Source: Monocercomonoides exilis PA203 (lineage: Eukaryota > Protista > Preaxostyla). Taken from it: a DNA stretch of 64,000 nucleotides. A model generated the notes under the pieces. The model was not told the origin of the DNA and did not search any database. It saw only the letters and a list, made by a program, of their open reading frames with translations. The stretch spans positions 930,001 to 994,000 of the forward strand of contig LSRY02000005.1 of the NCBI GenBank assembly GCA_001643675.2. Reading direction: 5' to 3'. Shown here one piece after another: positions 47,649 through 60,599 of the stretch; within the stretch, counting starts at the first letter, position 1; each line of letters begins with the position of its first letter. The position numbers and the translations under genes are program-made.

Positions 47649-49268
47649 ATGTCGCAAAAGGTTATAAAACCAGCACCAGCAAATGAAATTCTCTCTACAT
47701 TGCCAACATCACAAGCTTTAGATAATGATGATGATTGGAACATCCCTGAAGGTTGGACCATCCCGGACACTGTTGAAAAAGATTTATGCCCTTTATTTGC
47801 TGATTCTGTCCCTGAAAATATTGATGAGCACCCAGATTTTCTTGCACTTCAATCTCTATTATATGATCGAGATCCAGCGGAACTTGCTGAACATTTTAAA
47901 GAAGAGGGGAATAAACTTTTGAAAAAAGGAAGAAAAGGTTGGAATGAAGCCATTGAATCTTACACAAAAGCTATTGAAGCAAATTCACCTAATATGAAAG
48001 CAGTAGCAATATACTATTCCAACAGAGCGCAAGTGCACATTTTTAAAAGTATTCTTTTTTGTATTTTGTGAAATTCATTTTACGTTCTTGAAATATTGTT
48101 CAGAAAATTATGGAAGGGCAATAGAAGATTGCATCGAATCGTTAAAAAAGGATAATACCAATATTAAATCTCATTTTCGTCTCTCTAAGGCATATTTTGA
48201 ATTAAACAAGATATCCGAAGCTAGCGAATCTGTGAAAAAAGGGTTGTTGGTTGCACCTGAAAGTAAGGAGCTTTTAGGTTTATCAGAACAAATTGCAGAG
48301 CAGCAGCAAAAAATAAAACTTCGAAAAGAAGAGGCTGCAAAATTGGCAGTTGAAAAGCACAAAATTCAGACTCTAACTGATAAAGCTTTGGAATTGAAAG
48401 GCGTTAAAATGGGAGCATGCGTATTGCATGCAATACAAACTGGATGTGTTGATGTGTGCATAATAATTAATATTCAATTATCACTCATTATTATTTATGA
48501 CAATTCTATGATTGATGATATTCATTCCCTTTCTGATAGTACATCTGGTTTAATAATCGAGCAAACGCAAAAACTCAATCTTTTGGACCAATAACTCCTC
48601 CAACACCTCATCGAAACACATTGCCAGAACTTGAAGCAGTTGTTGCAAATCCTAATTCATTTGAGTTGAGAACGCCTTTTCTTGTGTGCTATCCAGAATT
48701 CAGTCAAACGGACTTGATTCAAAACGTGAGTGAAGATGATACAATAGGAGATCAATTGGCAAATCTCTTGCCCATTGGCAACGATGGCGAAGGAGGTAGT
48801 GATATTTTGTTTCTTTTAATTATTATGAATTTATTATTTATTAAAATACAATTTTTAATTAACAATTAATTGCTTCAATCTAATATTTCTCATTGAAATC
48901 TCTTGAAAATCCACAAAATAATTTTTTTTATAACTTTTCTCTCATTGTGTCGTCTAATCTCCCCACTTGCAATTGCAGAAGATGATATTGATTATCCGCC
49001 ATGGGATCGGAAGCACTCGTACAACCTCCACAATGTGCATGCATTCTTCAGGCGCGAATGGGTTCCTCCTGCGAAAAAGGAGACTGTATCGGAACAAAAG
49101 AAAGAGGAAAAGAAGAAAGAAGATTCAAAAGAAATGGTGTGGTTCGAAGTTCCCTTCGAGTTCACAGTAGGCCAATTGATGCAGCAAGAAGCATATATAA
49201 CGCCTTCATTTCCTGTTATATATGTTCTTGACGCCACTTCACCTTTCACAGAAAACTTTTTGACTTGA
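47649..49268 (+). CDS. TTC4: TPR co-chaperone TTC4/Cns1 homolog
   Basis: PLF..P....LALQSLLYD..AEHFKEEGN..AIESYTKAI..YSNRAQ..NYGRAIEDC; C-terminal YPEFSQTDLI and PWD motifs; three GT-AG introns. Confidence 0.88.
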
Positions 49269-50107
49269 AAGAAAATTATAAATAAAATATTTTTGTTAAA
49301 GCATGATTGTTGTTGACCATTATGTCAGGGGTCGGTTGCAATAATTAACAGGAAAAAAGAAAAATATTTTTTGTCAAACAATTTTTCTTTGAAATGAAAG
49401 ACTTTTCAAATAAAAACAAATGGATAATTGTGAAAACCTTTGAATATAACAAGTGAATAAATGATTGAAGTGGTTGAAATGTTGAAGCGCGTGATAGTCT
49501 AGATAATAAAGAAAAGCCCACATAAATGAAATTAATCTTTTAAAAATAGAGAAAAAAAGCAAATTCTCTTTGAATACAAGAATCCAGAAACCAGTGAATT
49601 GATGCAAGCTGATAGTTTTGTAAATAAATACATATATAATGATAAGGAATGTATGTGTTACTAAGAGTCAACAGTTGCATGGACAGTGTCCAAAGATCTT
49701 TATATTTTGTTGAATTCAGTTTCAGGTCAATTCCAACGCTTTAAAGTGACTCAAGATTTGACTTGTATTATTTATAGCTTTCGTCCTTAAGGTTGGCTAG
49801 GCAACTTCTTAATCAGAAAAAGGAAATGGCAAAATGATTGATGGAGAATAGCATTCGAATCGAAAAGATATTCGATGTTTAGTCCGATGGCAAGATCAAT
49901 GAAGTATATTAGATGATTATATATAACCAAGAAAAGGTTAAAACAAATCCTCCTCCATATCATTGACCCTTATGTTGTTTTGAACATAAATTTGACTAAA
50001 TTCATTTCCAATCTTTTATTAATTAAAGAATTCTATGAAGGAAGACAATTCTAATGAATAGCAATTCATTACTTACTGATTATCCAAGAGTATAGCACGC
50101 CTCCATT

Positions 50108-53100
50108 TCATGTCAGCGAAAGAGTTGAAAGAGAAGGCGGATATTTTTTCTCAAATTTATCAGATGGAATCGTTTTTGTTGGATGCGGGCGGCGAATTGT
50201 ATATCCACTTGATGGCACACAATACACTGCCATTTGCTTTCCAACCAGAGAGAATCCAACAGCCTGAGATTGCTGCAGTGCTGGTGCTGGTGCTGCTGTT
50301 GAGGATATGCTTGCTGACAACGAAGCAGCGCTGTCTGGTTGAAAAACACAAGTTGATTGAGCAATTGGATGATCGTGTTTTCCTACAGAAGGCGGAGTCA
50401 TGAAAATGTTTTCAGAGGGATATTCTCTGCAGCTGCTCCCAAAATATGAAGAAGGCAAGCTATCAGGCGAATTATTCTTCAGCTGAGGTGCCCGAAGCCC
50501 AAAGCTCAATTTTTCTTTGGGACGAATTGTGTGAATAGAAGTCTGAGTGAAGTTCAATGGGTTGTGTCCTTTGTGCTCAAGGAGAGCTCGCATGATGTCT
50601 TTTGGACTGCCTTTTGCATTTTCTATGTTTTCGCTCTGTCTGCTTGACAATTGCTTCTTTCCTTTTTTCGATCCAGTTGTCAGTTTCAGTGAGTGTGGAT
50701 TTTGTCTAATAATCCTCCGGGCAACTGCTCTACTCAAAGTGTGCGTTCCTGCTGATCGCTTCACTCTTGATGCGCTGCACACTCTCAATGACGTCCCATC
50801 AACAACGCCTTCTCCTCTCCAATCTCCGTTTTTCAGCATTTCTCCAACGCTGTATTCGTTACTGTTTCTCATCATTCTGCATTGCTTGTTCTCCTCTCCT
50901 TCTATTTGTTCCTTTTCTTCTTCAATGAACTGTGTTTCTGTCTGGCTGTTGTCTTCCTCTGCAACTGTCTCGATGTTTTCGCAGCTTTTAGCTTTGGTAA
51001 GATCATCGTGTTCATCTTCAACTGTAACATTCAACATATCCTCACTTCCACATATTCTGATGCTTTTCTCGTCAATCACAATCAACCCGCTTGTGTTTCT
51101 TCTCATCCGACTCTTCTCTTCAGATTCGTTTTCAATCGGAGATCCAATTAGTGTGGATGGAGTTGTATCTCCGAATGATACACTTCTGCTTCTTTCTTCT
51201 TTGTCCTTGCCTTTGTTTGTTTCTTGGCATTGTGATATTTCTGGTTGGTCACTTTTCTCTCCCAAGCATCTGCTCTTAATCCCACCCAAATTTTCCTCTT
51301 CTTTTTCCATTTCCTTGCACTTTCCACTTTCGTCTCCTTTAATGTTTTGTTGAGCTTCCATTGTCAGATCATTATTTGATGTACGTTGCATCGTATTCTC
51401 ATCTTGAACGTCCAGTTTAAATGTCACTCTTTCGTTTGTCTTGCAGTGTGAATCTGCGTTTTTATCTGGGCTAACTGTCGATCTTTCTGAATTTGCTAAT
51501 TTACAATTTCTTTCATCATCTTCTTTGTTTGATTCGATATTGATGATATCATTCTTTTTCTTTTTTGCAACTTTTTCTCTTTTAAGACTCTTCCATCTTT
51601 CCATATTCAGTGCTTCGATGTTCAGCTTCCTCCAGGTTGTTCCAATTCCATCTGATTCTCCGTTCTGTTTTGGTAGTGTTGTCTTTTTCATTCCTCCTAC
51701 ATGAAACAGCTTCTCCTCAAGCGCATCCCCTTTCCCTTTTCTCCTCTTTTTATTCTGCTCCGCTTTCCCCAAAGGAGTTTGCCAATGCTTTTGCAGCCTG
51801 TTCACACTGAACTCCTCGTCATTTGCATCAATCGCATCTCCACCAGCAATTCCTGCTGCTGCCACAGCCCATCCAAGTCTTTCCCCTTCGATGGAGCGTG
51901 GAGATAGAACGTATGGCGCCAGAATTGGTGAATCAAACAGCGCACAAACACCTCCTATTTGTGGCGGTGCTTCTGCAACTGAAGATGGTGCATAGACTGC
52001 TGTTGTTGCCTTCTCTTGTGCTTCATCTGTTTCTTTTGTTTCTCTCATGTTTGTTCCTTCTTTATCAAACTCAGCTGAAGTCATTGCAAAAGTAGAGGGA
52101 AATGTGTTAAACAGATCAGTCAAACTGTCTCTGCTTTTTTCTTTGCTCAAGATGTTTGCAAATTCATCCCTTTCACTATTCGACTCAGATATTGTTGCAG
52201 ATAATGCAGTATTCCTATTTGCTGCCCTTCGTGGTGGTGATGTTGGAGCAACTGAATGAGGCAAAGTGGAAGAAAATACTTTCTCTTTCCAATCATTCTT
52301 TGAGTCTGCTTCTTTTCTCATTGTCGTTCTTTTCTTTGATTGAGAAGAATCTTTCGTCTCCCCTAAGCCAAGCAGCTCCTGTTTTCTTCCATTGTCAATT
52401 TGATCATTTTCCGTTGATTCCATTCCCTTTTCTTTTGCTATTCCAGCGCTAAAAAGCCGACGTGCCCTTACGCGATCAGCTGGTTGTGTTCGTGTGATTG
52501 ACGCAGAAGTGGCTGGACGGATCGGCACAACAACTGTCTGCATCAGCTCCTCCATCTCTTCTTCTCTGCCAACCTTTTGAGGCATTGGTGTCTTTGGCGA
52601 CTGTCTTGTCTCATTTGATTCGACTGCCTGAGTGTTCAATGAGTCAGACGAAGGCGGAAAAACAGAAGTCTTCCTCGAGGCCACTACAGATGGTACAACT
52701 GAAGGCACAGGCACAGCAAACGAGGGTGACTGGAGCATCACCGGCGAGCACGAAACTGCTCTTTTGGCTCCTCTGCTGCTGCTGCTGCCTCTGCTATTCT
52801 GCTTGTGGAACATTGGACTTCGCTTTTGATATGGTTGGTTGGATTTTTGCTGTTTGTTGGAGACTTTCTCAGGAGAAAGTTTTGTTTGTTGTGGATTTAA
52901 AGAATGTGAAGCTGTTTCTGACGAGCTGTTGATCAAACTCTCGCTTTCTTTGTCAATCACTTCGTTTTCCTCGCTTTCTGTATATCTTTCTCTGGTAATC
53001 ATGTTCGTTTCCTCTTCCGCTCCTCTTTGGTTTCCTTCCCACTCTCCGTTTCTTCCATCTTCTCCCTCAAGCCCAAGCTTTTCTTTGCCTTTTGCTTCAT

Positions 53101-56100
53101 CTGCTGGTGAAGTTGGCGTGAGAGAAGCAGGGGTTGATACAGACGTTGAAGGAGGTGCAATCGGAAGCGGTGGCGTGAGTGGAGCAACGGGATGAGCAAG
53201 CAGCAGCTTGTGTACGTTCAACAACACCTCTTCAGCATCTGTTGGTGCAATTGAGCTGGAGTTGCTCTCAGACGGAGTAGAAGGATAAGAAGATGAAGAA
53301 GGTGCAGAAGACGCAGAAGAAGGAAGAAGCACCGTTCTGCCTGATGTCCAGCGCGGCGAGTGGACGATCTCATTAAAAGAAGGCTGAGGAATGGCAACAG
53401 CACCGTTGGGGAGGCGGGCAACAGAAGGAGATGGAAGAGCAGTTGATCGTCGAACTGAAGTGTGGTGCGGACGAGACGCTTCCACAACCTCGTCGCTGAA
53501 GAAGCCAGATGATGAAGCAAACAGAGGAAGTGGAGCGGTTTGAGACAAAAGATGAAACGAATAAGAAGACGATGAAGGAGATGTGGATGATCTCTTTGTT
53601 TCTGTTTGTGGCAATGCAGATGACTTTGGAGTCGATGAAAAATGTGAATATGGAGAAGAGGAAGAGGGTCTTGAAGATGAAGATGACGAAGAGGAGGAAG
53701 AGAAAGAGGGTGATGAGGAAGAAGAAGAAGAAAATACGACTGAGGAGCGTGGAGATGTTTTCTGAAGCTCAATTGAGCGAGAAATGCTGAGTGAATGTCT
53801 CAATCGGGCAGACTGCGGATACAATTCATCAAGCAGTTCTTCGTCCACTCGTTGCAAATCACTCCCTTCTTCCCACTCAATTCCTCTTTTCTTCTCTTTT
53901 TCTTTTTCTTTTTCTTTCTCTTTCTCTTTCTTCATTACTTCGCTTTTCTGTCCAACTTCATTATTTGATCTATCTTCAATTGGACTTCCAGCTTCTGTTG
54001 GTGTCCGCTCTGTTCCACTGCCCCACCCAGCATTCTTCTCGATATGTGGTCTATTTAATATATGTTGTTGTTTTGTGTCTGCTGAAGATGGAGTACGAGA
54101 TGTGAAAGACGATCTTGTACGAGGCGGTAATGGCGTTGTTGTTGCTGCTGCTGATGCTTCCATAGAACCCATTGTGGAAAGCGCTGCAATTGTCGTCATT
54201 TCTGCAAAAGCAGTCGTTTGAGTCTGAAGCCCAGAACTTGACAAGCCAGCTGAAGACGACGAGCACGGAGAAGTTGCTGGTCTCTCGTCCTCTGATTTCC
54301 AAACACGGCGATTTCTTCCTCCGCCAGAGGCTTTAAATCCACGTGGAGAAGGGCTAAGCACAACCTCTGCTGCCTGCCATCTACTTTTCGGCCTCTTCTC
54401 TTTCTCGCCAGCAGTCTGCGGTTTGCCTGGCGAGCGCAGTTTTGTGCGGCCGCGTGGTGTTCCTTCCCCTTCTGAAGGAGAATGCGCCAGACGCGAAGCA
54501 GACGGAGAGCGCGATCTGCGCGAAGGGAAACGCAAAAACGACGCATAGTCAGATGTGCATATCGTTTTGGCTGTCTGCGGACGAGAAAACTGCTGGTACA
54601 TGTTCCGCCCAGTGACTGCCATGTCGCTAATCACTTTTTCTTTGCAGATGCATGCATCGCTGCTTGTGTGCTTTATTAGCCCTGTTTCATGCGCATCTTG
54701 CATATTTTCATGAGTTCTGTTTTCTGCTGTTAGATATTCATTTTCTTCTATTTCATCGTATTTCTCATTTGAAGTATCAGTTTCATCTTTTTCTTTGTCT
54801 TCCCCTTCTGTATCTTCCATCTTCTCTTCTTTTCTCTCCATTGCGATTCTCGCCTTCTCTCTTTCTTCGATCCGCTGCTCAATCGCCTTCCTTCTGTGTG
54901 CCCTGTTGATCATCTCGCGCCGCGCAGATATTGCTGCTTTCCTCGCCAGCAGGTTCTGCGCCAGCACTCCTTCAGTCTCCCGCTGCCACACACCCCACCC
55001 CGAAGTCAATCGCAGCCGCACCTTCTTCCCCCACCCTCTCTCTCGCCCTTCTCCTCTTCCAGCTCCTCCTTCGCGGCTCCTCGCTTTCGCCACTTCGCTT
55101 TCGTATTTCTGTCTTAGCAGCAGCTTTTCAACGCCAGTTGCATTGCTGGATGCTCCTGTGTGTGTTTCTTCCAAGATCCCTTCACCGCCCTTTCTGCTTT
55201 GCGAAGAGCGCAATGAAATTGGCGATAGCGAAGCTGACGAGAAAGGCGAAATGGATGTTTGCGGGTGAGAAACGCCCCAAAGTGCCAGGGGAGGCACTGT
55301 TTCTGGCCTCCCCTGCTTTCCTTTCTGCCACACTCCAATTGGACAGCCTGTTGCTGTGCCAAATGTGCCTCTGCTTGCTTTCACTTTCCTCGCTCCTGCA
55401 TAATCCCCCAACTGCTGCTCAATTCCTTCGTTGAATGGGTTGGCGCTTCTTGCCTTGTATAATGTTTCTTTCCGGTACTCCTCGATTTTTCTTTCTTCCT
55501 TCTTTTCTCCTTTCTTCTTAACTTCTTGTTCTTCTATCGCAAATGCATTTGCATTGAATTCATTCTTTACGTCAGTTATTCCTGGGTGGCCCAGGTGTTG
55601 ATGACGATATCTTGCTGTGTATTTTTTGATCTCTTCGTCATTGCTGTCTGTACTGTCATCACTGTCGGTACAACTGGGTGCGCTATCGTAGCCCCATCTT
55701 TCCATATCTTTTTCAATAGATTTTCTTCCATCCTCTTCTTCTTTCCATTCAAGATGTGGAACTTTGAAAGCAAGATTATCTGCTTTTGGCAAAGCACATT
55801 CGTGTTTCTCTTCCTTTTTATCATTATTGCCTTCGGAAGTGTTGTTTGTTTGATTAAACTGTGGCGAAGTGTTATTTGCTAACATATCAGGAAAAATGTC
55901 AGGCTGTCCAGAAATAAAATGCAAATCATTGTTTGCAACAAATTCAAGACTCCCCTATATATAATTATCAATTTAAACGATCAATTTTCAAGATGAAAAT
56001 TGAAGAATTGAGAAATACCCGAAGAAGAGGATTAAGTGGTTCGTCTGCTTGAGGTAGTGATGCTGAGTGTTGTTTATAACGCTCGGAACTAGGCGTGGAT

Positions 56101-56541
56101 GTGAATCCAAGAAGTCCATATTTCGACTTTGTCCTTGTAGTTATCAATCATCACGGTTATTGTCATTGTTAACAAAATAAAATTGCAGTTATTGTTGAAA
56201 AAGAACATATTATATTCATAAATGCAAAAAGAATAAAAGAACATATTTAATTGTAGTCAAAACCTTCTATAATTTTCCAAAATATCATCAACTTCTGTTT
56301 TTCCTGAAAGCTTTGATCGTCCTAATGGAATTTTTGTTTGTTCTGAAGGAAGTTTGTATCTTCAACAATTCAAAAATAAAAACGAAATAATTTCAAATGA
56401 GTTATAATAGAATGATTGCATATACATATTTTTTGTAGTCCATTTTCTGTAATCTGCAACTTTTAGCTGACTTCGTTTTTCCAACTGTTTATTTTTTTCG
56501 TGTATATTTTCAATGTGTGATACCATACGTTTTACTGCCAT
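50108..56541 (-). CDS. Very large (~2050 aa) intrinsically disordered hypothetical protein
   Basis: The 1938-aa terminal ORF is extended by three small upstream exons (MAVKRMVSH.., YKLPSEQ.., TKSKYGLL..) via GT-AG introns. Ser/Glu/Lys-rich with several RPxTA motifs; no domain recognised. Confidence 0.82.
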
Positions 56542-57419
56542 TTCATATCGTTTTTTGTTGGAATTTTTATTTTCAATTCAAAAAATAACTTTTTCAAAAT
56601 AAACGAATGAATAAATATTTTATTATATAAATCTCAAATTTTTTGCGAATTTTGAAAAACTATTTATTAACATAATTTATTTTTATTTTTGTATTTGAAG
56701 TGACAAAAAAATAAATTTGTCAAGCAATATTTTTTCATTATTATTATTATTCATGTTTTTCTATGAAAATTACTGTTATTCGGAAAAAAAATTTAAAAGA
56801 AGAAATTAATTTAAATAAAAGAATTTTTGTTAATTTTTAGGATAGATTTCAGAAAATAACGAGTTTTCAATAAACAATTTCACATTATTGCTCAAAAATG
56901 ATTGTTTTTAAATTGAAATTAAAAACAAATCCTTGATTATTTTTGAAATCAGATTTTTTCATACATAATTTTCGGTTCAAAAACTTATTTTGAATATTTT
57001 CATATGAACGTTGAAAAGTGAATAGGCTTATTGTAGACATTCTTATCTTTCATTAGGTGAAAACATTTGTTTCTAAAAACAATTATCATGCTTCTTCTCT
57101 TTTGGATTAAAAACTTCTTTCAAAAAACAAACAATCTTTGAAAATTAAGGCAAGTTCCAAGTAAATGGACCATCGATAAAAAATTTTTTATACATTTATA
57201 ACGAAACAAAATGGAATACTAATTTATTTAAAATAAGTTTTATTTGTCGAAAAAGTGTTTTTAGCAATTTTCCATTTTTCTTTTGATCTATCCCATAACA
57301 TTTTCTTGTTTTATACAGGTTTGAAATATTTGTTTATTTTACAAAATAAACCATCTTCGAACTTTTATGTTATTTGGATAGAATAAAAATCGATAATCCT
57401 TTTTATAGCTTAATTTATT

Positions 57420-57790
57420 GAACGATGAACCCGCTATGCAAATTAACAGCATTGTTCAGTTGTATCTTGCATCAATAGATAACCACAGAGAAAGTTGGAA
57501 GAAATGCGCTTATAGCTTGAGAAAAGCAGCAGAAAGCAGAGCTGGGAAAGCTGAAGATTTTTCGTAAGATGCAGCAGTTGATGCAATTTTGGAAGAGATT
57601 CAGCGATCCACAATGGATGACTAAAATATACATCAATGCTTGATATTCTTTATGAATGTTTCAAGAAGATTGGAAAAAAAGATGGATGATGAAATAGAAG
57701 AAGAGGAAAGAAAAGTGATGAAAAAGAAAAGTGTTTGATATGATGGATGAAAAAGAATATAATGATTGTATTATTTGGCTATACCATTAT
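57420..57790 (+). pseudogene. 3' fragment of an ARM-like expanded-family gene inside the left arm
   Basis: Translates NDEPAMQINSIVQLYLASIDNHRESWKKCAYSLRKAAESRAGKAEDFS*DAAVDAILEEIQRSTMDD*NIHQCLIFFMNVSRRLEKKMDDEIEEEERK, with two TAA stops. Confidence 0.7.
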
Positions 57791-58369
57791 TTTGGTCACT
57801 TTAAATTTGGTAATTTTAGTTTGTTTAAGTATCATCCAGATCATTTTGAATATTAATAATTGATCTGCAAAAACGTTCACTTCATCTTTTTGAATTTTCA
57901 TTTTATTATTTTTTTTGTTTGAAACGCTCATTCACTAAAGAAAAAAAAAATAGAATTATGACTTGAAAAGTGGATGAAAGTGTTTTCTCAAGAGATATCA
58001 AAAATTTTCAAAGAAAATGAACATTTATTGAGAAGAATATTAATTGAAATAAGAAGAATAAATGATAGATAAAAAAAACAATAAAGCCAGTTTTATTTTT
58101 CTACGTGTGTTGCGAAAAGAAAAAAATATCACTGTAATAAAATATAATCCAATGTACATAAAGCAAATAAAATAAAAAACTTCTGGGTTTTCAAATCTGA
58201 AATTGGCAATACAAAATTATAGAGGATATCAAAAATTTGTTCGTTATTTTGCAATTCTTCTTATTATTGGGTTTCAAAGCTGAAATTCATTTTTTATTTT
58301 CAAGAATTCACAAAATTATCAAAAATATCCAACGAATATTCATCGTCAAAATAATATTTTTCCTTCGGA

Positions 58370-58748
58370 AAATCAAATTTTTCTTGAAAGCCAAGAATGA
58401 CATCTTCATATTCTTCTTCTTCAATCTTTTCCAACACTTTTCTTTTTCATCACTTTTCTTTCCTCTTCTTCTATTTCATCATCCATCTTTTTTTCCAATC
58501 TTCTTGAAACATTCATAAAGAATATCAAGCATTGATGTATATTTTAGTCATCCATTGTGGATCGCTGAATCTCTTCCAAAATTGCATCAACTGCTGCATC
58601 TTACGAAAAATCTTCAGCTTTCCCAGCTCTGCTTTCTGCTGCTTTTCTCAAGCTATAAGCGCATTTCTTCCAACTTTCTCTGTGGTTATCTATTGATGCA
58701 AGATACAACTGAACAATGCTGTTAATTTGCATAGCGGGTTCATCGTTC
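58370..58748 (-). pseudogene. Mirror copy of the same gene fragment, with a different paralogous tail
   Basis: Same two stops. Past the arm boundary it reads VLEKIEEEEYEDVILGFQEKFDF, whereas the left copy reads VFDMMDEKEYNDCIIWLYHYF. Confidence 0.7.
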
Positions 58749-59587
58749 AATAAATTAAGCTATAAAAAGGATTATCGATTTTTATTCTATCCAAATAACA
58801 TAAAAGTTCGAAGATGGTTTATTTTGTAAAATAAACAAATATTTCAAACCTGTATAAAACAAGAAAATGTTATGGGATAGATCAAAAGAAAAATGGAAAA
58901 TTGCTAAAAACACTTTTTCGACAAATAAAACTTATTTTAAATAAATTAGTATTCCATTTTGTTTCGTTATAAATGTATAAAAAATTTTTTATCGATGGTC
59001 CATTTACTTGGAACTTGCCAAAATTAACATCCCGAAAAAAGATATGATTTCAAAAATAATCACCCAATTAACACTCCGAAAAAATTATTTGTATTAAAAA
59101 TAATAACCCTTATTCAAAAATTTTCTATGAAAAAGCTTGAAGTTCCTTATTTTCACTCAAATAAACAAAACTTATGAAGTTATTGTTAAAAATATATTTT
59201 GGTGACATTTTTCGAGAATCGAATATTTTTCCTAACAGGCAATGTGATTATTATTATAATTATTATTATTATTATTATTATTTTTTTTTTTTTTTTTTTT
59301 TGGTTTTTGCAGAGTAAATAAATCGTTTGTTTTGTTCTATTTGAAATGTCGTAAATGTTTTATGTTCTGAATTACTATAACAGAATAAAAAATAAACAAA
59401 TTTCAACAACTGTGATGAAATATTCACAATGTTGGCAATCTGAGAAATATCACAAAGTCAAAGTGTTTTGATTGTCATTATTTAGAAATAAAAAATGTTC
59501 ATTGCATATTTTTCTTTGTTAATGCAAAATGATTATTGTGTCCTAAAAATTTTTCATTTGCAATTATTCAAATTCTTCTATACAAAT

Positions 59588-59855
59588 GGGGGAAAATACG
59601 GACTTTCAAGCTTTTTTTGCACTAAGCACAAAAAATTTGCTTCACTCATAATTTTGTTTCGCTTTCTCAGATTTCAAAAAAAATTTGATTTTCATATCTG
59701 AAAACATGCATTGTCGAAATCAAAACATGAAGTTTCCCAACATTTCACAAATGTCAAAAAATGGACCCATTTTTATTGTGTTTTTTGGAATCAAAAAGTC
59801 AACGAAAAGTGCATAATTTTTCAATGAAAATGCCTGAAGACAAATATTTTGTCCC
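59588..59855. mobile_element. MITE family C, third copy, 268 bp
   Basis: GGGGGAAAATACGGACTTTC...GAAGACAAATATTTTGTCCC; flanks AAAT/AAAC; colinear with 21655-21921. Confidence 0.85.
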
Positions 59856-60332
59856 AAACAACATTCTTATTGTATTCAAGATAATTGATATGATAACCAT
59901 GACAGAGAAAAACATAAAAAGTGTTGAAAGAAATATTTTAATTAAATGTCTAAATTTTTTTGAAAAGTTCCTTTTGTTTAACTATCAAACAAAATAAAAT
60001 TTTCAAAAATCTATCAAATTTCTGTTCACATTCACGAAACAACACTCAAATGAAAACAATGACATTGTCATGTTTTTATTTCAATGACAACAAAATTTAG
60101 CAATTATGATTAAATTTTTGATCGAAATATGAATTTTAATTTTATTTTTAAATTAAACAAAAGGAACTTTTCAAAAAACTTTCCACAATTTGTGGAAATT
60201 TTCAAAAAAAGATACCAAATAATTCAATTCATAAAAAAATTATCTCCAATATGAATTGCAAAAAATGAAAGTTTTTATCCAAAAAAAGTTTCAATGAGAA
60301 GAATGTGAATGCGTGTGATTTTTTTCTTCACA

Positions 60333-60344
60333 TTTTTTCTTTTC

Positions 60345-60428
<84 letters not shown>

Positions 60429-60438
60429 TTTTTTTTTT
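60333..60438. repeat. Polypyrimidine microsatellite (TTTTC)n-(T)n-(TTTC)n
   Basis: Read directly from the sequence. Confidence 0.9.
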
Positions 60439-60599
60439 AACATTTCATTTTATTTTAAATATTTTGAATCTAATCTAAATTATATCATTTTCTGTAATGA
60501 TTTTCTTGATGATTTTCTAAACTATTTCGAATTTTGATTCAATAATTTAATTCAATTTGAAGTCAGAATTTACAAAATTTATATAAGATCAACAATCAT

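Larger units (their letters stand above)
57149..59019. mobile_element. Foldback-type non-autonomous DNA element, 1871 bp, 587-bp TIRs, GG..CC ends, 8-bp TSD AAAATTAA
   Basis: 57149-57735 is the reverse complement of 58433-59019. AAAATTAA at 57141-57148 and 59020-59027. Rejoining the flanks restores a repeat seen uninterrupted at about 24305-24370. Confidence 0.88.

Noticed and set aside
57560-57625. In-frame TAA codons read as Gln (alternative oxymonad code)
   Set aside because: Thousands of codons in intact genes contain no TAA/TAG and carbamate kinase ends at TAA at its expected C-terminus. These are pseudogene lesions.
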